A stretch of 64,000 nucleotides of DNA from an uncultured Fluviicola sp. (GTDB lineage: Bacteria > Bacteroidota > Bacteroidia > Flavobacteriales_D > Crocinitomicaceae): positions 19,969 through 83,968 of the forward strand of contig NZ_CABHOL010000043.1 in NCBI RefSeq assembly GCF_902168135.1, written 5' to 3'. Position 1 is the first letter of the stretch. The number at the start of each line of letters is the position of its first letter. Positions 36,084 through 44,192 of the stretch are shown here, one piece after another. Both the position numbers and the translations under genes were made by a program. The notes beneath the pieces are model-generated. The model did no database searches. It was not told the DNA's origin and saw only the letters and a list, made by a program, of their open reading frames with translations.

Positions 36084-37813
36084 TGAAAGTGGTTTTTTGT
36101 TTTTGCTTCCTGCTGCCTATCCTTGCGTTTTCCCAAAACCTGGATAAGATCGGTAAAAAAGGAATGATGAAAGTTTCCGGTGGATTGAACTTTTCTTCGA
36201 ATTTGAATCAGGCCTACGGAAAGACTCTGGCCAGAGATCCGTTCTCCTGGGTGGTTGGTGGAAATGTAACTTTTTCGGTGCTTGATTTTTCCATGCCTTT
36301 TACATTTTCGTACACCAACCAGGGCGGAAATTTTACGCAGCCCTTCAATATAACGGCACTGCATCCGACTTACAAGAAGATCAAAGGACATGTGGGAGTC
36401 ATTTCCATGTCGTTTTCACCTTACACGCTTGCCGGATTGAACTTTGCAGGTGCAGGACTGGAATACACACCGGGTAAATGGAAGATCCAGGGTTTTGGAG
36501 GAAGACTGAAAAAGCAGGTAGCCTTTATCCCGGAGATCAACAACATTGAAACGATGGCCTACAGAAGATGGGGCGGTGGAATTTCTGTCGGATATGAAGA
36601 CAAAGGTTATGGAGCTACTTTTATTTTGTTGAAAGCCTCTGATCAGCGTACTTCATTGGCAGTCGTTCCAAACAGCGCAACCATTACTCCGATGGACAAT
36701 ATCGTGGCGTCTCTGGCTTTGAAAGGAAAAATCGGGAAATCGATCCTGATGACTGCGGAATATGCATCCAGTATTCTTACACGAAATACTGAGCTTACGG
36801 AAAAGATTGAACGCAAGACGTATGCAAAAACCATGTCGCCGCTTGTAAACGGAAACCAGTCTACGATTGCTTTCGGGGCTTTCAACGGGTCGATCAATTA
36901 TCAGTACAAGGTGTTCTCCATCGGGGCGAAATACGAACGGATTGATCCGGGATACACCACACTTGGCGGTATGTACTTCAACAACGATTTGGAGAATATT
37001 ACGCTTACACCGGCAATTGCACTTTTCAGGGGGAAACTGAACATCAATATCAATACCGGAGTTCAACGCAACAACCTGAATAACCTGAGTGCTAATGAAA
37101 TGAAACGCTGGGTAGGAACAATTGCCCTTTCAAGTATGCCTTTCAAAAACTTTACGGTTTCCGGAAATTACTCGAATTTCTCTTCTTTCTCGAAACGGAA
37201 TCCGGCTTCAGATCCTTTCTACAACCCGGTCGGAGACACCCTGAATTTCTACCAGATTTCTACGAATGCGAGCGCAAGCATGTCTTACAATTTTGGGAAG
37301 AAGCGTAAAAGCACTTTGATGTTGAACGGGAATTATTCCGTAAGCGAAAACATTACCGGACGCCTGGAAGATGCTGCCGCTTTCGGCTTCAATGTTTCGG
37401 GAACGAACCAAACCGGTCCTGTAACGGTATTAACCGGGATGTTCGGTCACACACTTTCTTTTGAGAAATCGAAATCTTCATTGGGCTGGACAATCAACGG
37501 AAGCCAGTCGAGGGCCATGAGCAATGAAAACCTGTATTTCGGTCCGGGAGTGAATTACTCGAAACCAATTTTGAAGTGGATCAACCTCACCACAGGACTT
37601 ACCTACAATCAGAATTACACGAATTCAAAGCTTGCCAACCACGTCATGAATACGCGGGTCGGACTTTCGTTTAAGCCTACCTGGTGGGACAAAAAATTCG
37701 GTTCGTTGAACTTTTCACTGAACGGAAGTTTGGTGAACCGGTTTGCAGTTGCCAAAACCTCCAAAAACCAGGGAGATATTGCCCTTATTTTCAATCTTAA
37801 CTACGGATTCTAA
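36080..37813 (+). CDS. Outer-membrane beta-barrel protein, 577 aa
   Basis: Signal peptide; alternating amphipathic strands; C-terminal beta-signal FNLNYGF; ATGA overlap with the upstream gene. Confidence 0.8.
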   Translation: MMKVVFCFCFLLPILAFSQNLDKIGKKGMMKVSGGLNFSSNLNQAYGKTLARDPFSWVVGGNVTFSVLDFSMPFTFSYTNQGGNFTQPFNITALHPTYKKIKGHVGVISMSFSPYTLAGLNFAGAGLEYTPGKWKIQGFGGRLKKQVAFIPEINNIETMAYRRWGGGISVGYEDKGYGATFILLKASDQRTSLAVVPNSATITPMDNIVASLALKGKIGKSILMTAEYASSILTRNTELTEKIERKTYAKTMSPLVNGNQSTIAFGAFNGSINYQYKVFSIGAKYERIDPGYTTLGGMYFNNDLENITLTPAIALFRGKLNININTGVQRNNLNNLSANEMKRWVGTIALSSMPFKNFTVSGNYSNFSSFSKRNPASDPFYNPVGDTLNFYQISTNASASMSYNFGKKRKSTLMLNGNYSVSENITGRLEDAAAFGFNVSGTNQTGPVTVLTGMFGHTLSFEKSKSSLGWTINGSQSRAMSNENLYFGPGVNYSKPILKWINLTTGLTYNQNYTNSKLANHVMNTRVGLSFKPTWWDKKFGSLNFSLNGSLVNRFAVAKTSKNQGDIALIFNLNYGF

Positions 37814-40800
37814 TGCGTAATTACTTTTTCCGAATAAAATTTCGTTTACTCTTTTTGCTCCTGCTTTTTGCCGGATCAGGAATCCATGCACAGGTTTATC
37901 CGGTTCAGGTAACCGTTGTACCGACACCGCCTCACCGCAACTATTTGAATTCATTTTCGGAGCAGGGGGCATTGAATGTGTTCCTGACACTGACTGATTT
38001 CAATTCGGGACCCATTTCTGTGAAACTGAAAATGGAACTGAATGGTCCGGGATACCAATTCCGCTCCCTTCCGAATAACCTGATTTATGTCCTGAATCCG
38101 GGACAACCGGTGCAGGTTCCCATGGAAGACCTGGCGGTGTTCTTCAGTTCTACCGGGCAGACCCTGAATTTCAATCCGGGGAAACTACCGGAAGGAAATA
38201 CCTCTATCTGCATTGATGTGATTAAAAACCAAAGCGGTGAAGTGCTTTCCCAAAATGGCTGCGGTTACTTTTACATGGGATACGGTCAGCCGGCATCTTT
38301 GCTGCAGCCGGCTTGTAATGCTACTGTTCAGATCCCTGCGGGATACCCGGCTTCCACCGATCTACGGACCCTTCCTTTGCAGTTCAATTTTATTCCGGCA
38401 CTTGCACCGATCGGTTTGCAGCAGGAAGTAGAAAACACCTTGTATATCTACAATTGGCTGGGCACAGTGAATACCAATCCTCCTCTTACACCGAATGGCC
38501 TGGCTTTGGCTATGGATCCGGTGGAATTGGGTCCAATTACGGCTCACACGCTTTTACCGATCAATAATCAGCTCATTGTGGGGCAGGAATATGTTTGGTA
38601 TGTGAAGACCAGCCTGAACGGTTCCACGAATCAGTTCCAGAATGGCGGCTGGTCAGCTCCGTGCAAATTTAAGTATGGTGCAGCGCAGTCTATTGAGGAA
38701 GCCCTGGCTAACGGACTTTCCGTGGAGTGGGTAGACCTGGTTTCCAATTCCGAATCCAAAGGAACGGGAACCTGGAAAGTGGTGAAGGAAGATCCGAACT
38801 CATCGGCTACGTTCAACCAGTTTATTCTAAAATACCGCAGAAAAGTTCCTGCCGGTCAGCAGCCCTTCGAATGGTTCTCCGATACGGTCAACGATTTGAG
38901 TAAGGCCATTTACCAGCTGGAGCCTGCAACGACTTACGAAGCGAGCGTGGCAGGACGTTTGGGGAGTTTTGTTTCCGAGCCAACCGAAATACGCACTTTC
39001 ACTACAGCTCCGCCAAGAACTTATAGTTGTGGAGTAGCCAATTTCCCGGGAAGAGCAACCGCATTCCAGCCTTTGGAATACGCAGATCCTGGAATGAAAG
39101 TCAAGATCGGGATGTTCCAGCTGGAGTTTGTTTCCGTTCAGAATACCGGTCAGCCCGGGCATTTCAGTGGTACGGGACTCATCCCGGTAGATTTCCTCTT
39201 CGGAGCGGAAGCACGGGTGAAGTTTGACAACCTGAAGATCGACAAGGAATACGATGTATGGGAAGGAACGGCGCATGTGATCACAGATGGACTGGATGCC
39301 TGGCTGGAAGATCAGTACCAGCAGTTCCAGGACCCGATCTTTGTGAACGGAACGGTTGATTCGGCTTATGTGTCCGATTCTATTGCACATGTGGTAATTG
39401 ATGGAATAGATACCACATTTACTTTCCCTTGTGCCACTTGTCCGGTTATCATTAATGACGTAGCAGGAAACCAGGTTACGATCTATCCGAACGGAACGGT
39501 GATCTGGAGCAGTTACCTCGATGTGTCGGATGAACAGCTGGATGTTCCGGATACGGAGATTGGTGTGTTTGAGCAGCATGCACAGGAAACCGGTGGATTT
39601 GATCCTTTCGAGCACATCGAATGGAACGCGAATTACGAGATTATCCGGACCTCGAATGCTGTCAATTATTTTGTGGCCAATAAATCGTTGATAAAAGGAC
39701 AACCCGACAAAGTTTCCCTGAGTGTTCCGGAAAACAAGTACACGGCTACCAATGTGCAGCTTTCCTGGGCCGGACTTGCAACACCTTTGGCGCCGGCTTC
39801 AAGCACAGTTTCAAGCGGCAAAAGAGTATTCGTATTCGATTTACCGGCATTCAATGATGATGACGAATTTGCCATTTACGCGATCTCCGATAATCTGAAG
39901 ATCGGTAAGTTGAATGTGGTGGTTTATGAATTAATTCAAAAAAATATAGTTGTTATTCCTATTGGTGGAACTATTGATGGTAGTCAATTAAGAACCTATT
40001 TGAATACTACTCTGGGAGAGTCTGGTATTGATTTCACTATAACTATTAGTGATACTACAGGGGTTGGTAAATATTCATCACTCAGTAGTCTGAATATTCC
40101 AGATGCAACTTTAATGAGTAAGTATTCTGGTAAGATGCGCCAGATCAGGAACAGCTATTTTGATACACATGAAGAAGAAGATAATTCTTTCTATTTTTTC
40201 ATAGTTTCTTCTTTGATGGATACGGTTCATAATCTTCCCGTAGATGGTTATATGGTTCGAGGTAAAAATATCGGATTCATCCAGTCAGGAAGCACCTTCC
40301 GAACATATGCCCATGAGTTGGGACATGGGGCAGGTTTTTTGGAACATAGCTGGAAAAATAATGGGCCTGAAAGAGGTAGTTCTAATAATTTAATGGATTA
40401 TGTCAGTGATGATAATTTATTATTCAGCCAATGGGAGGAGTTAAGAAATCCAAACGGCACTGGTTTATGGGATGAAGAGGAAGATAATGAATCTGACGTA
40501 AGCGGCAATTATCTCAAGCGACTTTTGCCTTTGAAGAATGCTAATAATACGTTTACATTTTTTGATCCCTCTGGTGGAATTATATCAATCCCTGTGGATG
40601 GATTAACTAATATTTGTATTTCAGATAATAACTCTTATAAAAGTTTTTCCGAAAACACCAGATTAAATGTTCCTGCTGGGACTTTAGTTGAGTTTAGCTA
40701 TAATGGTAAGCGATATTTTAGTTTTGGTACTGAAACTGATTTTGCCGGATATGCATACAAAGAGGGGGATACCAGGGTTTACTATGAAGACCCCTATTCT

Positions 40801-43263
40801 AAGGAAATTCCCGAAAGTGATCGACAGGTAATACTAGGTTTTCCATATTATCCTGATGCTCAGGAAATTGTAAATCGAATTCCTGAAGTTAATGGAGTTG
40901 TAACCTATTCCTTAGATAACATTCAGTTTTCGGATCTTCCAACCTATGCTTTCCGATTGGTTAAGCCAACAAGTTCTTTTTCATGGCCCTCCGAAACAAT
41001 AACTTATCTTAATAAACCCTCAAAGAACTTTGATAAGTTCGCGAGTTTCATGGAGAAATTCGACTATTATGATGGTCCATTGGTTGATATTAAGAATTTT
41101 AATATCAGTTGGAATGATTATGCAAAAGGTTTTTTGGTATTAAATAGTACGGAATTTTTTGGGTATAACTACAATCAAGCTATTCAATGTGCGAATTATA
41201 TTAATTCTAATCCTGGAGTATATATTAGTATTCAGGCTTGTAATTCAGTGGATTTTCCTATAAGAAATCATAAACAATTAAATACTTACCTGTATGAAGA
41301 TGAATTATCACCTATTCCAACGGATGGTAATTTTTCCTACTGGAGGCCAATTAATCAGTATTCGGAAGCACAAAAAGAACATTATATAGATCAGTTTAAG
41401 GGGACTTTAAGGGCTAGGACTGATAATGCAACATCGTTTAATAGCGAGATTGAAAATTGGCCTATCAATAATCCGGATGGATTAAATACAAAATTGGCCG
41501 GTCTATGTGAAGGTCATTATTCTGAATTGTCAGTTAAAGCACGAAAGCAAATTATAAAAACCCTTGCACAATCAAATGATATTGATGAGTGTGATATGGG
41601 AATCTTTAGTTCTTCAACTACCTGTTCTGAAGGACAAATTTTGGCCGTTTTAAGAAATGCGCCTGCCACACAGTATAAAGAAATAGTAACTTTTTTAAAG
41701 GAAAACGATAATTTATATTTCAGGAGACTCTACAAGGGGATTGATAATCATACATGGGGTGCTTATAATTTTGAGGAGTTCACAAAACTGCTTACCGCTA
41801 TTGTTACTAATGCCTTTGACGATTACGAAGGTCTGTTGGATAATAATGCTGTGATCTATTATGAGAGCATTGCAATGGATAATTACATTTCAATGTATGA
41901 GCAAAAGCAAAGATATTTGGGTAGTTCGTTAGTTGAGTCTGATCCGGCAGGTAAGGTTTGGATTAACATGCATTTTCAATATGGCAATGGTTATATTCCT
42001 CCAAGTGAGCTTAAACACCAATACAATCCTTTGGATGTTATATTGATATATGGTGCCAGTGAGTATAATTATTCTTCCCAATATTTCAAATTAGCCGCTG
42101 GAGAAATGAAATTAGTACCAGCCTTTTATTTGGCGGCAGTGAATAAATCCGGGCAAGATAGAAAATTTGAATACGAATTAAATGTAGTAACAACTGTTGC
42201 TGGTGGAATAATTATGCTGCCTTTAGCTGAGGCTCAGGTTGCTGCGGGTGGTATTGCAGAATTGTGTGCTGTAACTGAGGTTATTGCATATTCTGTTCAG
42301 GCACCAATTATTGTAACGGATGTTTTAAATACATTGGATCCAAATTCGGAATCCTATTATATCATTTCGAAATTGAATGATTTTTGCACGGCTGCCATGC
42401 TATTTTCTGGCGGTGCAATGATGATCTCAAATCTTGATAATGCCGCAAACTTTGTCAAAAATATAGATCTTGACAAATTGAAAAATATCCCTAGCCAGGT
42501 TTCAATTCAGTTTCAGGACAAGATCAGGAAATTGCGTGATTTTGCATTAGCTCTTTTAAAGAAGTTTCAGAGAACGGAAACATTATTAGAAATGCTTAAT
42601 GGACCATCGCTTAAATCTTTGAAGAATAATGTGAACGGCCTTAGCGAAGCTCTTTATACTCAATTTTTGGATGATTTTTCAAAAAGTCACTTAGAGGATT
42701 TGAAAAAACTTCAGAATGAAGGTTTATTTGAAATTTGGAAAACCGGTGTTCGAAGTAGTAATATAGAGGAGTTAAGAGAAGTAGCAAAAATACCAAATCT
42801 GAGATCAGAATATGCCCAAAAAGTAAAAGCATTGGCTCAGAAGAAAATCGAATTAGAAAGTCAGGGTAAGACCCCACTTGAAATTGCACAGACACTTTTT
42901 GGAAATAGAAGAGACTTAACCATACATTACAAAAAGATAACTCCGGATGATTTAATGGAATGGATCTATAAGCGGAATCATTTTGAGTATGTTGTAAAAG
43001 GAACCGGTGACAAATGGGGACTTACCTGGCAAGGCGCATTAAAAAAATATTCTAAAGATATTGTGGAAGATCTTTCTCAAGCGACTCCTAGCCAAATGAA
43101 TGAAATTTATAGTAAAATTGCAGGAAGCGCATCGGAAATATTTGAAGGAGCGGAAGACAAAATAGCTCTGGGGCAAAGATTTTTGACTTATTTTGATGGA
43201 AAGGTTACTCCAACAGAATTTTTATCTTTAGAGCGAGTATTATTGAAATATAGAATGATGTGA
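37813..43263 (+). CDS. 1816-aa TANFOR/FN3-type secreted protein with internal HExxH metallopeptidase and C-terminal polymorphic-toxin-like domain
   Basis: Signal peptide; QVYPVQV TANFOR-like N-terminus; FN3 (YQLEPATTYEASV); AHELGH...NLMDY; hydrophobic hairpin; RRDL..YK..TP..L...IY.RN..Y...GD..G tip; GC drop at about 39.9 kb; TAATG overlap with the barrel gene. Confidence 0.8.
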   Translation: MRNYFFRIKFRLLFLLLLFAGSGIHAQVYPVQVTVVPTPPHRNYLNSFSEQGALNVFLTLTDFNSGPISVKLKMELNGPGYQFRSLPNNLIYVLNPGQPVQVPMEDLAVFFSSTGQTLNFNPGKLPEGNTSICIDVIKNQSGEVLSQNGCGYFYMGYGQPASLLQPACNATVQIPAGYPASTDLRTLPLQFNFIPALAPIGLQQEVENTLYIYNWLGTVNTNPPLTPNGLALAMDPVELGPITAHTLLPINNQLIVGQEYVWYVKTSLNGSTNQFQNGGWSAPCKFKYGAAQSIEEALANGLSVEWVDLVSNSESKGTGTWKVVKEDPNSSATFNQFILKYRRKVPAGQQPFEWFSDTVNDLSKAIYQLEPATTYEASVAGRLGSFVSEPTEIRTFTTAPPRTYSCGVANFPGRATAFQPLEYADPGMKVKIGMFQLEFVSVQNTGQPGHFSGTGLIPVDFLFGAEARVKFDNLKIDKEYDVWEGTAHVITDGLDAWLEDQYQQFQDPIFVNGTVDSAYVSDSIAHVVIDGIDTTFTFPCATCPVIINDVAGNQVTIYPNGTVIWSSYLDVSDEQLDVPDTEIGVFEQHAQETGGFDPFEHIEWNANYEIIRTSNAVNYFVANKSLIKGQPDKVSLSVPENKYTATNVQLSWAGLATPLAPASSTVSSGKRVFVFDLPAFNDDDEFAIYAISDNLKIGKLNVVVYELIQKNIVVIPIGGTIDGSQLRTYLNTTLGESGIDFTITISDTTGVGKYSSLSSLNIPDATLMSKYSGKMRQIRNSYFDTHEEEDNSFYFFIVSSLMDTVHNLPVDGYMVRGKNIGFIQSGSTFRTYAHELGHGAGFLEHSWKNNGPERGSSNNLMDYVSDDNLLFSQWEELRNPNGTGLWDEEEDNESDVSGNYLKRLLPLKNANNTFTFFDPSGGIISIPVDGLTNICISDNNSYKSFSENTRLNVPAGTLVEFSYNGKRYFSFGTETDFAGYAYKEGDTRVYYEDPYSKEIPESDRQVILGFPYYPDAQEIVNRIPEVNGVVTYSLDNIQFSDLPTYAFRLVKPTSSFSWPSETITYLNKPSKNFDKFASFMEKFDYYDGPLVDIKNFNISWNDYAKGFLVLNSTEFFGYNYNQAIQCANYINSNPGVYISIQACNSVDFPIRNHKQLNTYLYEDELSPIPTDGNFSYWRPINQYSEAQKEHYIDQFKGTLRARTDNATSFNSEIENWPINNPDGLNTKLAGLCEGHYSELSVKARKQIIKTLAQSNDIDECDMGIFSSSTTCSEGQILAVLRNAPATQYKEIVTFLKENDNLYFRRLYKGIDNHTWGAYNFEEFTKLLTAIVTNAFDDYEGLLDNNAVIYYESIAMDNYISMYEQKQRYLGSSLVESDPAGKVWINMHFQYGNGYIPPSELKHQYNPLDVILIYGASEYNYSSQYFKLAAGEMKLVPAFYLAAVNKSGQDRKFEYELNVVTTVAGGIIMLPLAEAQVAAGGIAELCAVTEVIAYSVQAPIIVTDVLNTLDPNSESYYIISKLNDFCTAAMLFSGGAMMISNLDNAANFVKNIDLDKLKNIPSQVSIQFQDKIRKLRDFALALLKKFQRTETLLEMLNGPSLKSLKNNVNGLSEALYTQFLDDFSKSHLEDLKKLQNEGLFEIWKTGVRSSNIEELREVAKIPNLRSEYAQKVKALAQKKIELESQGKTPLEIAQTLFGNRRDLTIHYKKITPDDLMEWIYKRNHFEYVVKGTGDKWGLTWQGALKKYSKDIVEDLSQATPSQMNEIYSKIAGSASEIFEGAEDKIALGQRFLTYFDGKVTPTEFLSLERVLLKYRMM

Positions 43264-43712
43264 TTTTATTGAACTTTGGAAATTATAAAATAGCAAGAAA
43301 AATTCTGATTGAAAATGAGATAATTCAGTTTTTTGAGGAAGAACCATATTCAGCTTCAGCTACTGAGAAAGATGGTCTTTATGAGGTGCTTAATAAGCAG
43401 TTGATAGCAATCTTTTCGGATAAGAAGAAAAATTACTTGTATTTGAATGGTCAGTTATTTCTATTAACTCCGGAAATATCAATTGAATATTTTATTGCTC
43501 AGGATATGCATACCAGGAGCTGGTTTAAATTATTTAAGTCGGAGGATTTAATTTTCAATATAAATTATTTAAATCCACATAAGCCTTTTGTTTTGTCCGA
43601 TCCTTTTTTTTCGGATGAAGATTATGAGACAACTAACTTTGCTTCTCATCTTGCCCAGTGGATATCGAAAATAAAAAAAGAGAATAATGTTGTCTTGTTT
43701 CACAAGCCATAA
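43260..43712 (+). CDS. Putative cognate immunity protein, 150 aa
   Basis: GTG start overlaps the toxin stop (GTGA); small, low GC, aromatic/acidic, no signal peptide. Confidence 0.6.
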   Translation: MILLNFGNYKIARKILIENEIIQFFEEEPYSASATEKDGLYEVLNKQLIAIFSDKKKNYLYLNGQLFLLTPEISIEYFIAQDMHTRSWFKLFKSEDLIFNINYLNPHKPFVLSDPFFSDEDYETTNFASHLAQWISKIKKENNVVLFHKP

Positions 43713-43861
43713 TCCTTTATAAAGAATAATTAAGGATTGGTTAAACCTCAATTTGCATCTGATTTTTACAAGTATTTGTTCCAACGGATTAAAGCTGTTA
43801 AACTCAGATTTTACAATACCACCATCAAGAATTTTGCTTATGATATGATTGTTCTGAATGA

Positions 43862-44035
43862 ATTACAGGTAATGCATCGGTTGAAGTATACGATTTGAAC
43901 GAGAAATTGCTCTTGACTGAGAAAAATATCAGCCCGGAAGGCCCGCTTTCACTAGAGGCACTTAGCGGAAAAGTTTTCCTGATCAAAATCCTTGAGAACG
44001 GAAGAAGCATGTAGCAAAGAGTGGTGAAGCTTTAA
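43862..44035 (+). pseudogene. Remnant T9SS type A CTD of a destroyed cargo gene
   Basis: Reads ITGNASVEVYDLNEKLLLTEKNISPEGPLSLEALSGKVFLIKILENGRSM*QRVVKL*. No start codon; premature TAG at 44012; aligns with the CTD of 44193-47042 (ATVQVFDLNGKIL...LSGLDGNMFVVRII...QKRVVKY). Confidence 0.75.
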
Positions 44036-44052
44036 AAGTTATGGAACTTACG

Positions 44053-44085
44053 GTGCTGTTCCATTTCCCGGAACAGCACTTTTTG
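44053..44085 (+). terminator. Rho-independent terminator
   Basis: Perfect 10-bp stem GTGCTGTTCC / GGAACAGCAC followed by TTTTT. Confidence 0.8.
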
Positions 44086-44192
44086 AGTTTCGTCCGATCG
44101 GATAAAAATGAATCCGACCTACCAACCCTTTCCTTTAAACTCTCGTTCACCTCTAAAAGTGAATAGATGTTTAACACCTAAAAAAAATCACC

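Noticed and set aside
38827-39702. 291-aa antisense ORF inside the toxin gene (a possible nested immunity gene)
   Set aside because: Fully antisense to a well-formed coding frame, with no recognisable motif; typical shadow ORF of the higher-GC part.
43713-44192. Orphan toxin/immunity cassettes downstream of the toxin
   Set aside because: Only a T9SS CTD remnant and a terminator are present; no repeat of the toxin junction sequence was seen. The short ORFs at 43569, 43825 and 43983 are antisense noise.
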